From: Polaromonas sp.
Lineage (GTDB): Bacteria > Pseudomonadota > Gammaproteobacteria > Burkholderiales > Burkholderiaceae_C
NCBI GenBank assembly: GCA_046597475.1
Contig: JBKJKI010000140.1
Span: 5,590-69,589 of the forward strand
Direction: 5' to 3'
DNA length: 64,000 nucleotides
Positions 52,300-61,478 of this stretch are shown here, piece by piece (position 1 is the first letter of the stretch; each line of letters begins with the position of its first letter). Made by a program: the position numbers and the translations under genes. Below the pieces are notes generated by a model. That model was not told where the DNA came from. It saw only the letters and a program-made list of their open reading frames with translations, and did not search any database.

Positions 52300-52842
52300 A
52301 TGAGTTCCATTCTTCTGATCAAACGGCTGCTGATTGTGATCGTGGTCACCGGGATCACCGGTGTCGCTGCTTGGGCGGCGCCCCGCCCGCAAGCGGCCTG
52401 GTCCGGTGTCGTGACCTATGTGGTTGACGGTGATACGCTGAAGGTGAGGCCGCCTGATGGCGGAAAACCGTTGGGTATTCGCCTGGAAGGCATTGATGCC
52501 CCGGAGATTTGCCAGGCCGGCGGCAGGCTGGCCCGGGATGCGCTCAAGCGCAGGGTGCTTGGCCAGCGCGTGGCCGTTCACGGCCGGGTCCGAGATGACT
52601 ACGGCCGACTGCTGGCCCGCATCACGCTTGATGGCGAGGACCAGGGACGCTGGATGGTGGCGAATGGACAAGCCTGGTCTTACCAGTACCGCGGCAGCGC
52701 GGGTCCGTATGCGGCGGAGCAGCGCAGAGCGCAGCTTGCCAGGGCCGGCATTTTTTCCGCCCCTGCCAGGGACGTCGTCAACCCCAGGGCGTTCCGCAAG
52801 CGGCATGGCCCTTGCCGAATTGAGGCCTATTCGCGGCAATGA
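52300..52842 (+). CDS. Exported thermonuclease (SNase) family protein
   Basis: Signal peptide, VVDGDT, IRLEGIDAPE, DDYGRLL. Confidence 0.88.
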   Translation: MSSILLIKRLLIVIVVTGITGVAAWAAPRPQAAWSGVVTYVVDGDTLKVRPPDGGKPLGIRLEGIDAPEICQAGGRLARDALKRRVLGQRVAVHGRVRDDYGRLLARITLDGEDQGRWMVANGQAWSYQYRGSAGPYAAEQRRAQLARAGIFSAPARDVVNPRAFRKRHGPCRIEAYSRQ

Positions 52843-52883
52843 AAGCCTGTCTGTTTGGCGGCAGCCAAGCCGGCCCGCGCGTT

Positions 52884-52925
52884 TGTCAGGATTTGTCTTA
52901 CCCTGAAGTGAGTCAAACACTGATT
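52884..52925 (+). promoter_or_regulatory. Putative response-regulator operator 1
   Basis: TGTCAG-N7-CTTACC-N15-CACTGATT. Confidence 0.55.
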
Positions 52926-53032
52926 CTCAAATCAGGGTCAAAGCCCTAAATTGAAACCCCTGTGATGACTCCATTGCAGATGTCAATACCTTGCGGCCGT
53001 CATGGTGCCGTATTTTTCAAAAGGGAGGTTTC

Positions 53033-53581
53033 ATGAAATCACAAACCATTCTTGCTCTGCGCCACCTGTCTCCGCGCGTCGGTCCTCATGGCGCCATGCT
53101 GATCGTGGGCTCGCTTGCCCTGGCGTTTGCCCTCGGGGCATGCAGCAAGCAGGAGGAAACGAAGTCGGCTGGCCAGCAGGTTGATTCCGCCATCGCAAAA
53201 ACGGAGCAGGCCGCGGCAGATGCCCGGGCAAAAACCGAAGTGGCCGCTGCCGAGGCCAAGGCAAAAGCCGAAAGCGCCATGGCCAATGCCGGTACCGCGA
53301 TCAAGAGCGCAACCGAAAATGCCGAGTCGTCTGCCAAGGACATTGCGGCAAAAATGGAAGGAAAGCTCGATGACGTGTCCATCACCACCTCGGTGTCGTC
53401 AGCCATCGGCAAGGAAAGTGATTTGAGCGTGCTCAAGATCAATGTTGACACCAAGAACGGCGTGGTGACCCTGAACGGCTCCGCACCGACCGAAGCGGCC
53501 CGTGAAAAGGCGGGCAACATCGCCAAAGCGGTGAAAGGTGTGAACTCGGTGGACAACAAGCTCGTGGTGAAGGCCGGTTAA
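53033..53581 (+). CDS. BON-domain (OsmY-like) lipoprotein
   Basis: Lipobox LGAC, DDVSIT, INVDTKNGVVTLNG, VKGVNSVDNKL; GGGAGG SD. Confidence 0.9.
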   Translation: MKSQTILALRHLSPRVGPHGAMLIVGSLALAFALGACSKQEETKSAGQQVDSAIAKTEQAAADARAKTEVAAAEAKAKAESAMANAGTAIKSATENAESSAKDIAAKMEGKLDDVSITTSVSSAIGKESDLSVLKINVDTKNGVVTLNGSAPTEAAREKAGNIAKAVKGVNSVDNKLVVKAG

Positions 53582-53606
53582 AGCTCAGGCGATCCGGCTT
53601 CAGTCC

Positions 53607-53650
53607 TGCTGCGGATGCCTGGATACTCCAGGCGCCCGCGGCATTTTTTT
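53607..53650 (+). terminator. Intrinsic terminator
   Basis: TGCTGCGGATGCCTGGA-TAC-TCCAGGCGCCCGCGGCA followed by T7. Confidence 0.8.
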
Positions 53651-53684
53651 GTCTGAAGCAAAGTCACCGCCCGGCTGCGGCCAT

Positions 53685-53712
53685 AAAAAAGGCAAGCGAC
53701 CCGCGCTTGCCT
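53685..53712 (-). terminator. Intrinsic terminator for minus-strand genes
   Basis: A6 then GGCAAGCG-ACCCG-CGCTTGCC. Confidence 0.75.
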
Positions 53713-53758
53713 AATTGATTTGGGCACCCCCTCAGGGGGCGCAGCCAGCCGGAGCCGT

Positions 53759-54073
53759 TTAAGGGCGAACGACGATGTCGTTGCGCACAGACTTGACGTT
53801 CTTCACGCCCCGGGCAATGTTTTCGGCCTGATTCTTCTCGGCGGTAGATTTGGCGAAACCGGACAGCTGAACCGTGCCATTGAGCGTTTCCACGCTGATG
53901 GACATGGCTGAAACCGTCTTGTCTTCCACGAATTTTGCCTTGACAGCGGTGGTGATGGCGGCATCATCAATATAAGAGCCTGCCGTTTCCTGACCACGCC
54001 CCACGGCGCAGCCGCTGCCAATGATGGTGAGACCGGCCAGGGCTGCGAATGCGATTGCGCGAGCGTATTTCAT
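53759..54073 (-). CDS. Single BON-domain lipoprotein
   Basis: GSGC lipobox, IDDAAITTAVK, VETLNGTVQLSGF. Confidence 0.9.
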   Translation of the reverse strand: MKYARAIAFAALAGLTIIGSGCAVGRGQETAGSYIDDAAITTAVKAKFVEDKTVSAMSISVETLNGTVQLSGFAKSTAEKNQAENIARGVKNVKSVRNDIVVRP

Positions 54074-54169
54074 ATGGGTTTCCTCTTGAGTTGGTTTGGT
54101 TGAAGCGGTGCAGAGTTTGAAAAACCGGTCAATCGGCGGCACCACGCCGCTTGACCTGCGGATAACGAT

Positions 54170-54718
54170 TTATTTTTCCAGCCAGTCCTTGAGCTCGTCG
54201 GCATGCTCTTCTTCGTCGGCCAGAATGCTTTCCAGCATGCGGCGGGTGGTCGGGTCCTTGTCGGCCATCAAGGTAATCATCTGGCGGTAGGTTTCAACCG
54301 CGATGCGCTCGGCAATGAGGTTGACCCTGACCATGGTCTGCAGGTCGTTGGAATCGTCATAGTCCGCGTGGCTGCGCTGCAGCAAGGTTGAAGGCGAGAA
54401 ATCGGGTTCGCCGCCCAGCTGGACGATGCGCCGTGCAATCAGGTCGGCATGCGCGGATTCTTCATTCGCATGGACCAGGAACTCTTCCGCGATTTTGGGT
54501 GACTCAAGGCCGCTTGCCATGAAGTGGTGGCGCTTGTAGCGCAAAATACAGACCAGTTCGGTTGCCAGGGCGTCGTTCAGCAGCTTGACAATCGCTTCGC
54601 GGTGTGGCCCGTAGGCGGGCGTGATGGCTCCGTCGTCCAGGCTTGAACGGGCGGCTTGCAGGCCCGCCTCGTCCAGTTTCAGCGTATCGGTCTTTGATGA
54701 AGTGGCGTTCGGTTTCAT
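54170..54718 (-). CDS. Ferritin/bacterioferritin-like (Dps-like) protein
   Basis: LNDALATE, EESAHAD, LIAERIA, DEEEHAD di-iron motifs. Confidence 0.88.
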   Translation of the reverse strand: MKPNATSSKTDTLKLDEAGLQAARSSLDDGAITPAYGPHREAIVKLLNDALATELVCILRYKRHHFMASGLESPKIAEEFLVHANEESAHADLIARRIVQLGGEPDFSPSTLLQRSHADYDDSNDLQTMVRVNLIAERIAVETYRQMITLMADKDPTTRRMLESILADEEEHADELKDWLEK

Positions 54719-55161
54719 GGGGCTTCCTGATGGTTGCGAGAGGTTTGGGAGCGGCTGGTCAGCAGTGACAGAAGAGCTCCGGAGAGGCCGGAGGATTTGA
54801 CGGCGGCCAGCAGCAAACCACCGACCGAGACCATGCGCCAGGGGCGGATCAACGCGGCAGCCGCGCCCACGCCCGCGGCTGCGCCCAGCAGCTTGAAGGG
54901 ATGGGCTCGTGCATAGTCATCCAGCAGGGGGCGGGCCAGTTCAAGCGCGCTGCTTGCGGGGTGGCGAAACCACCAGGCGCGGACCGCCTGCTTGAGGGCG
55001 TTCCAGGGGCCACGCCGAAATGACTCGGAGCGATCGGCCTCATCGGCTTCGTAGCCCGTTTCAAGCGCATGATCCCGGTGGTGCCGGTTCATGTGTTTGA
55101 CAATCGCCTTGCGACTCAGCGCGAGGCGATCCTGGGGGGTCAGTGTGCTGGGGATTGACAT
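54715..55161 (-). CDS. Hypothetical membrane-associated protein (YqjK-like position)
   Basis: In operon, overlaps the ferritin gene by 4 nt; ARAHPFKLLGAAAGVG motif. Confidence 0.65.
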   Translation of the reverse strand: MSIPSTLTPQDRLALSRKAIVKHMNRHHRDHALETGYEADEADRSESFRRGPWNALKQAVRAWWFRHPASSALELARPLLDDYARAHPFKLLGAAAGVGAAAALIRPWRMVSVGGLLLAAVKSSGLSGALLSLLTSRSQTSRNHQEAP

Positions 55162-55184
55162 GGCGTTCTCGTGGCAAATGCCGG

Positions 55185-55550
55185 TCAGGCCACCGAACGC
55201 AGGGCCTGGGCATCGCTGTCAAGTTGCGCCTTCAACTCCGAAAAACGCTCACTGCGCATCGGCTTCCTGGCCAGCACCATGGCTACCACCAGCAGGAATA
55301 AGGCAAAACCGGGCACTGCAACAAGTATCCAGTGAAAGTGGTTTTGCATAAAACCCAGCATCAGCGCCGTACCCGTCAAGCCGAGAAACAGCAGGGCGGC
55401 CAAAATCGCCAGCACCCAAGCCACCACACGCCTCAAGAAATCTGAACCTGCGCTGCTCGCTTCCTCGTGAAAAAGTGCCCCATAGGCCGAGAGATGAGCA
55501 AGAACCAGATCTGGCCGTTGGACAATGGTCGAAAAAAGCGGATGCAGCAT
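55185..55550 (-). CDS. YqjE-like two-TM membrane protein
   Basis: Two TM segments; follows the DUF883 gene as in yqjDE-type operons. Confidence 0.65.
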   Translation of the reverse strand: MLHPLFSTIVQRPDLVLAHLSAYGALFHEEASSAGSDFLRRVVAWVLAILAALLFLGLTGTALMLGFMQNHFHWILVAVPGFALFLLVVAMVLARKPMRSERFSELKAQLDSDAQALRSVA

Positions 55551-55606
55551 ACGTGAGGCCGGTTGAGGTGTCAGTCGTTCTTGCGTTTTGCGGGTGAGGC
55601 CAAGGC

Positions 55607-56011
55607 TCAGTAGCGGTTACGGTTGCGGTTGCGCGTGGCTGATACCAACAGGGCAACCGCCGCACCGACTCCGGCCGCAATCAGTATCGAGCGGACCGGT
55701 TGTTCGGCCACATAGCGGGTCGTGACGCCTGCAGCGCGTTTGAGCGACTGCTCGGCGCGGTCTTTGGCCTCAGCGGCCAGGTCCAGGCTATGGCGCGCCA
55801 GCTTTTGAGCCTTGGTTGCCAGCATGTCCACCATGGGGTCAACCTGGCCGCGCAATTCGCGGACCTTGCTTTCGGCCTTGTCCAGCGCGCTATTGGCGTG
55901 CTCGCGGGTTGAGTCCAGCGTCTTGCCGGCCGTCTGCAGGATGTCATCAGAGGTCTGGCGAATCGTGGGCATGGCCTCGCGGGCGAGATTCTGCGGGGTA
56001 TTCGTATTCAT
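55607..56011 (-). CDS. DUF883 (ElaB/YqjD) tail-anchored protein
   Basis: YVAEQPVRSILIAAGVGAAVALL followed by a basic tail. Confidence 0.8.
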   Translation of the reverse strand: MNTNTPQNLAREAMPTIRQTSDDILQTAGKTLDSTREHANSALDKAESKVRELRGQVDPMVDMLATKAQKLARHSLDLAAEAKDRAEQSLKRAAGVTTRYVAEQPVRSILIAAGVGAAVALLVSATRNRNRNRY

Positions 56012-56075
56012 GTCGGATCCTTGAAGAGTTGAACAATGGAAGTGGTGAAACAATACAGGCTTGCGGGCTGTCCAG

Positions 56076-56240
56076 TCAATTTTTCTTGATCAGGCTGATC
56101 ACGAAACTGACGATGGCCATGATGGCAAAAATCACAAACAGAATTTTTGCGATTTCCACGGCCCCCGCGGCGATACCGCCAAAGCCGAACACGGCAGCAA
56201 TCAGGGCAATTACCAGAAACACGACGGAATAGTGCAACAT
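56076..56240 (-). CDS. DUF1328 (YtjA-like) small membrane protein
   Basis: [28 protein letters not shown]; AAGGAG SD. Confidence 0.92.
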   Translation of the reverse strand: MLHYSVVFLVIALIAAVFGFGGIAAGAVEIAKILFVIFAIMAIVSFVISLIKKN

Positions 56241-56357
56241 ATCAAGCTCCTTGATCTCTGATTCGGCTTCCCAGGTGGCGGGGCGCGATATCGAAACGCC
56301 TGTAGCAACTTTAGCCAGCATCGGCAGCTTTACTCATCGGCTTTGTCCCTGCCGCGT

Positions 56358-56398
56358 TGTCAGTGGCCAGGGGGGAATGCTGTAGGAGGGGGCTGACA
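56358..56398 (-). promoter_or_regulatory. Putative response-regulator operator 2
   Basis: TGTCAG-N6-CCTACA-N15-CACTGACA. Confidence 0.6.
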
Positions 56399-56445
56399 TT
56401 TTGTTACGCGTCGTTTCGGGCCTGGCCTTGCGCACATCCGCACAG

Positions 56446-57798
56446 TTACATTGACTTCGGAAGCACGGCGGAAATCTGCGTGCCCGTGGCCGCCGCGCTG
56501 GTCACGGTCAGCCGGCCGCCGGCCGCTTCAACCCGGTGACGCATGCCCGTCAGGCCGTGGCTGCCCGGCCCCACGTTTGCGACATTAAAGCCCTTGCCGT
56601 CGTCCCTGACTTCCACTGCAATGTAGCCGTCAAAGTTCTCCAGCCTGATCTCAGCCTGTGTGGCGTTGGCATATTTGGCCATGTTCGTGAGTGATTCCTG
56701 CACAAGACGGTACACGGTCAGCTGGGCCGAGCCGCCGAGTTCAACGGTCTCCAGGTCAGTCGTGACGGTCAGGCCGGAACGCTCTTCAAACTCCCGCGCG
56801 AGAATTTCCAGCGAAGCCACCAGGCCCAGGTGCGAGAGCGAGGAGGGACGCAAGTCCTCCACAATCCTGCGCTTCAGGGCAATGCCGCTGTTAAGGGTGC
56901 TGGTCAGGTGCTCAAGGCGTTCTGAGGCTTCCGGCAGGTTGCCAGCCAGGCGGGACTTGAGCCTGGCAACATCAAGCTTTGCCGCCGTCAGCAGTGCGCC
57001 CAGTTCGTCATGCAATTCTCTTGCGAGGTGGCCGCGTTCGTCCTCACGCACATTTTGCAGGTGAGTCGCCAACTCTGCCAGGCTGGCGGTTCGCTCGCGA
57101 ACCTGTTTTTCGAGCAGGTCACGCTCGCGCTGAAGCGAGTCCTTCTCGCGCAGGCCGGAGGCAACCAGCGCCTTGGTTTGCAGCAGGTACATGTAAAAAG
57201 CCAGCAAACCGACGAGCGCCGTCGTGGCAATGCCGATGCGGGACAACTGCAGCGCCTTCTGGATCTGGGCCTGGCCCTGCTCCATTTTGCGGATGCTGCT
57301 GGCCATCAGCTTGGCGGTTTGCTCGCGGATCGCCTCCATCTGTTCCTTGCCCACATCGGTGGTCAGGACAAATTTCCAGCCATCTTCGTTGCCTTCCCGG
57401 CGCATGCGCACGCTCAGGTCCATTTCGGCCAGCTTGCGCGAGACATGCCGGGACAGAAGGTCGAAGTCGCCGAGCTGCTCTTGCGATGGTGCAAACAGCG
57501 GGCGCATGGCATCGAGGTTCTGGCTGATATCCGCCGTCGCGGTGTTGTATGGTTCCAGGTAGCGCGGATCACCTGTCAGCAGGAATCCGCGCTGCCCCGT
57601 TTCCGCATCAAGCACCTGCTGCACCAGCTTGCTGATGGCCCCGCGGGTTTTCTGGGCGGACTCGATGTTGGCCAGTGCCTTGGTGGATTCTTGGAAGCTC
57701 GACTCGTTGATGGAAACTAGGAAGGCGGCCGCCAGTATCGCCAGCGGCAGGCTGATGACCATTTTGGGAAGGGCGAATTTTTTCAAGGCAAACTCCAT
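56446..57798 (-). CDS. CHASE3-domain sensor histidine kinase (HisKA_3)
   Basis: DAETGQRGFLLTGD..YLEPY CHASE3 motif, ARELHDELG, QESLTN, DDGKGF, GLTGM. Confidence 0.93.
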   Translation of the reverse strand: MEFALKKFALPKMVISLPLAILAAAFLVSINESSFQESTKALANIESAQKTRGAISKLVQQVLDAETGQRGFLLTGDPRYLEPYNTATADISQNLDAMRPLFAPSQEQLGDFDLLSRHVSRKLAEMDLSVRMRREGNEDGWKFVLTTDVGKEQMEAIREQTAKLMASSIRKMEQGQAQIQKALQLSRIGIATTALVGLLAFYMYLLQTKALVASGLREKDSLQRERDLLEKQVRERTASLAELATHLQNVREDERGHLARELHDELGALLTAAKLDVARLKSRLAGNLPEASERLEHLTSTLNSGIALKRRIVEDLRPSSLSHLGLVASLEILAREFEERSGLTVTTDLETVELGGSAQLTVYRLVQESLTNMAKYANATQAEIRLENFDGYIAVEVRDDGKGFNVANVGPGSHGLTGMRHRVEAAGGRLTVTSAAATGTQISAVLPKSM

Positions 57799-57916
57799 TC
57801 AGTACTTGGCTGAATATCTCGGGAATAATGAGCACCGGGACTCAATTTGATGTTCGGGCGTGGCAATAGCCCTATCGCCGCGCCTGCTGACCCGGGATTT
57901 ATAGAAAGACTGCGAC

Positions 57917-58549
57917 ATGATAAAAATTGGAATTGTGGATGACCATGCCATTGTGCGTTCGGGACTCAGGCAGTTTTTTTCCGACCAGGTGGACTTGCGT
58001 GTGGTGGGCGAAGCCGCCAGCGGCCGCGAGGCCATTGACCTGGTTCGCAATGTCGAGCTGGACATCCTTGTGATGGACCTTTCCATGCCGGGCCAAAGCG
58101 GAATCGACGCGCTGGCCATGATTCGCGCCAAGGCTCCCGATGTGGGTATTCTGATCCTGAGTGGCTACCCGGAAGAGCATTACGCGGTCAACCTGATTCG
58201 TCAGGGTGCCAGCGGCTACCTCAACAAGGAGTGCGAGCCCTCGGAGATCGTCGATGCGATTCGCGTGATTTCCCTGGGCAAGCGCTACATCACGCCGGCC
58301 GTCGCGGAGCTGCTGGCGCAGCAATTGAACAGGCCGAAGGATGTGGCTGCCCACGAACAACTTTCGGAGCGGGAATTCCAGGTTTTTCTGAAACTGGCCA
58401 AAGGCGAAACGGCCGGCGATATTGCCAAGGCGCTGTCGCTGAGCGTCAAAACGGTGAGTACTTACCGAACCCGCGTGATGGAAAAAATGAGTCTTGCTTC
58501 CAACAGTGACCTGACGTATTACGCGCTTAAAAACAAGTTGATCGATTGA
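57917..58549 (+). CDS. NarL/UvrY family DNA-binding response regulator
   Basis: VDDHAIVR, MDLSMPG, LSEREFQV, LSVKTVSTYR. Confidence 0.93.
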   Translation: MIKIGIVDDHAIVRSGLRQFFSDQVDLRVVGEAASGREAIDLVRNVELDILVMDLSMPGQSGIDALAMIRAKAPDVGILILSGYPEEHYAVNLIRQGASGYLNKECEPSEIVDAIRVISLGKRYITPAVAELLAQQLNRPKDVAAHEQLSEREFQVFLKLAKGETAGDIAKALSLSVKTVSTYRTRVMEKMSLASNSDLTYYALKNKLID

Positions 58550-58709
58550 AGCGGACTTGCCAGACCGCGTCCGGGCCTCATCATTTCCGAGCAGCCAAAC
58601 TCTGGCATTTCCCTGCCCATCGGATACCGAAAAACTACACGGGCGCGGCTGTCGACGCTGCTTTTTCAATCCGCTGCAGGGCAAATGCAGCGCAAGCCTT
58701 GAACCTGGC

Positions 58710-59111
58710 TTAAGCAAGCCCTTTCCCGACCTCAAGCGAGGTTCTCCCGTGCAGCAGGCAATAGTCCACCAGCGCGTCAATCTCATTGGATTTGTCGAAT
58801 ACTGCATCCACCCCCAGCTGGGCGCAACGCTGACGGATGTCAGGCGTGGCGTAATTGCTCAGCACGACGACTTTGCGGCTTGATGCACGACCCCGGCAGG
58901 CTGCCAGCACACCCAGGCCGCTTCCCTGTTTCAGGAACAGATCGACGATGGCCAGGTCCCATTCATCGGGATGGTCAGCAAGCCACGCCTTTCCTTCGTT
59001 CTCGGTTTCCGCCGTTCCAACGGCGGTGACAAACGCCAGTTCTTCGAGCGTCGCGATGAGGTTCTCCCGAATGGTGGGATTGTCTTCGACGATATAGGTT
59101 TTCAGTCTCAC
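58710..59111 (-). CDS. Single-domain response regulator (receiver only)
   Basis: IVEDN, AIVDLFL, VLSN, FDKS; GTG start inferred. Confidence 0.88.
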   Translation of the reverse strand: MRLKTYIVEDNPTIRENLIATLEELAFVTAVGTAETENEGKAWLADHPDEWDLAIVDLFLKQGSGLGVLAACRGRASSRKVVVLSNYATPDIRQRCAQLGVDAVFDKSNEIDALVDYCLLHGRTSLEVGKGLA

Positions 59112-59231
59112 GGCGCGTATCCAGGTGGCGAAGGCTGGACCTCCAGAATTCTTTCGTTTAGCCCAGCCAGTACAGCTGGAAAATGCCAGTCTGCGTTGTT
59201 TCCTAATGTATCTTTTTATCAGATCTGATTG

Positions 59232-59272
59232 TGCCAGTGAGCGATGCAGGTCTCTGTAGGAGAACACCTACC
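59232..59272 (-). promoter_or_regulatory. Putative response-regulator operator 3
   Basis: GGTAGG-N6-CCTACA-N15-CACTGGCA. Confidence 0.6.
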
Positions 59273-59284
59273 AATGTTTTCAGA

Positions 59285-59325
59285 TGTAGGCACTTCCCCA
59301 CAGCTTTACATCGTGCCGGCCGACT
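59285..59325 (+). promoter_or_regulatory. Putative response-regulator operator 4
   Basis: TGTAGG-N6-CCCACA-N15-GGCCGACT. Confidence 0.5.
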
Positions 59326-59424
59326 GCATGGCGGCATGATGTCACCGATAGTGGGGGACTGGTTGCCCCGCCGATGCGCCGGACGATCCTGTCAATTTGA
59401 CCTGCCCTAAAACCGTAACAATGC

Positions 59425-61425
59425 ATGAATACACCACGGCTTTTGTCCTCCGTTTTGCGCCGTTGGCTGCTGGGTATTGCCGTCGTCTGCGTATTGCTCA
59501 TCCTGGCCGTTAATTTTTTCCCATGGGACATCCTGCGCGAACCCATCAACCGCCATGTCTCGGGCCAGTTGGGCCGACGATTTGAAATCACCCGCCATCT
59601 GGCCGTAAGCGTGGGACGTACCACCACCGTGCGGGTGGAGGCTGTGGAAATCTCAAACCCTGAATGGGCGCATGAGCCCTATCTTTTGAAGGCGAAGGCA
59701 GCGGAATTTGACCTCAAGCTTCTTCCCCTGCTGCTTGGCAAGATTGAAATTCCCCGCGTGGTGCTGACCGAGCCGCAGATCGGGCTTCAGCTTGAGCCGG
59801 ACGGGCGTCGTACATGGGCGCTATCGCGGGACACCGCCGACTCGTCGGCCGTCCCGAAAATAGGAACACTGCTGGTCGACAAGGGAAGCCTCAGTTACCG
59901 TGCGCGCGCGCAGGGTGCCGATCTCGATGTGCAGTTCTCACTTGCCGGGGAGTCGGATAGCCAGCTTCCCTTGAGCTACAAGGCCGCTGGCAAATGGAAG
60001 AGCGAAAAGTTTGTGGCCAGCGGGAGAACTGGCGGGGTACTGCAGCTGAGTGAAAACACCGCGGGGACTTTTCCCCTTGAGGTGAACGCCGTGGCCGGAA
60101 GAACCACGCTTAAAGCCCAAGGCTCCATCACCAACCTCGCTGCGTTCGGCTCGGTTGATGCGAGCTTCGATCTTGAGGGCCGCAATCTTGATGAACTGTA
60201 CAAGCTCCTTGGTGTTGCGCTTCCCTCGACACGCCCCTACAAAGTGAGGGGCCAGTTGGCAAAGCGCGGCAAGCTTTGGTCGGCCACCAGGATTCAGGGG
60301 CTTCTCGGGAAGTCCGACATCAGTGGTGCGCTGGATTTTGACCAGTCGGCTAAAGTGCCATTGTTAACCGGCAAGCTTCAATCGAAGATGCTGGATTTTG
60401 CCGACCTCGGCCCGGTGGTGGGCTTGGCCCCTTCCGCGAATGCGGCGGCCAGGACGACGGACACGGCGCCGACCGCTGCGGCCCAAGCCGCCTCGGCGCG
60501 TCATCAGAACGCGTCGCGCAAAGTGTTGCCCGTGGCCACCCTGGACGTTGCAAGGCTTCAGGCTATGGATGCCGACGTTGTCTATTCCGCCGCGGACATC
60601 AAGCACGTGGAAGTGCTACCGCTGGACAAGGGCAGCGTGCATGTCAGGCTCAAAGCGGGCGTATTGCAGCTTGACCCGGTTTCGCTCGGGGTGGCGGGCG
60701 GAACCGTGGCTGGAAGCATACAGATTGATTCGAACGCCACGCCCGCAACATTCAGCACCCGTCTGGATGTGCGTGCGCTGCGACTGAACCAGTTGTTTCC
60801 GACGGTGGAAACGACAAAAACCGGGCTCGGAAAAATCAGCGGCCGGTTTGATCTCAAGGGCCGGGGCAACTCCGCAGCGCAGATGCTGGGTTCGGCCTCC
60901 GGCAATATGGCGGTATTGATGGGCCAGGGCGAGATCAGCAATATCCTGCTGGAGTTCATGGGGCTTGATGGCGGGGAAGTCATCAAGTTCTTGCTCCGGG
61001 GTGACCGCAATGTGCAACTTCGCTGCGCGGCGGCCGCTTTTGATGTCAAGCAGGGCTTGATGAGCAGCCGGGCCATTGTGCTTGATACCTCCGACACGGT
61101 GATCACCGGCGAAGGAAAGATCAGCCTGGCCGATGAAACCCTTGATATCCTGCTCAAGCCAGAGCCCAAGGACCATAGTATTTTGAGCCTGCGGTCGCCA
61201 TTGCGCATTGGCGGTACGTTTGGAAAGCCCAGTGCCGGGCCTGACAAGACGGCACTGGCCGGCCGGGTGGGACTGGCGCTATTGCTCGGCGCCATCAATC
61301 CGCTGCTGGCGCTGGCCGCGACGGTGGAAACCGGGCCTGGCGAAAATGCCGACTGCGCAGGCATACTCGCGCTGGCGGCGAACCCCAAGCCTGGACCGAA
61401 ACCTGCTACTGCCGTCAAGAAATAG
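59425..61425 (+). CDS. AsmA family (YhjG-like) protein
   Basis: N-terminal TM, ISNPEWA, LSLRSPLRIGGTF, C-terminal GENADC. Confidence 0.85.
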   Translation: MNTPRLLSSVLRRWLLGIAVVCVLLILAVNFFPWDILREPINRHVSGQLGRRFEITRHLAVSVGRTTTVRVEAVEISNPEWAHEPYLLKAKAAEFDLKLLPLLLGKIEIPRVVLTEPQIGLQLEPDGRRTWALSRDTADSSAVPKIGTLLVDKGSLSYRARAQGADLDVQFSLAGESDSQLPLSYKAAGKWKSEKFVASGRTGGVLQLSENTAGTFPLEVNAVAGRTTLKAQGSITNLAAFGSVDASFDLEGRNLDELYKLLGVALPSTRPYKVRGQLAKRGKLWSATRIQGLLGKSDISGALDFDQSAKVPLLTGKLQSKMLDFADLGPVVGLAPSANAAARTTDTAPTAAAQAASARHQNASRKVLPVATLDVARLQAMDADVVYSAADIKHVEVLPLDKGSVHVRLKAGVLQLDPVSLGVAGGTVAGSIQIDSNATPATFSTRLDVRALRLNQLFPTVETTKTGLGKISGRFDLKGRGNSAAQMLGSASGNMAVLMGQGEISNILLEFMGLDGGEVIKFLLRGDRNVQLRCAAAAFDVKQGLMSSRAIVLDTSDTVITGEGKISLADETLDILLKPEPKDHSILSLRSPLRIGGTFGKPSAGPDKTALAGRVGLALLLGAINPLLALAATVETGPGENADCAGILALAANPKPGPKPATAVKK

Positions 61426-61478
61426 AAGAAGAAGGGTAAGGCGACGGCCGGCTCAGTTGCGCTGGTCTTATGCCCGAA

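Noticed and set aside
51327-52842. DUF429 plus thermonuclease as a defence island
   Set aside because: Host-like composition, the nuclease looks exported, and there are no other defence or mobility genes
53727-53739. CCCCCTCAGGGGG hairpin resembling the core of the ~100-bp element
   Set aside because: Too short, and the flanks do not align with the other copies
55185-55550. Phage holin interpretation of the two-TM protein
   Set aside because: No endolysin or phage genes nearby; the context is a YqjD/YqjE-like stress operon
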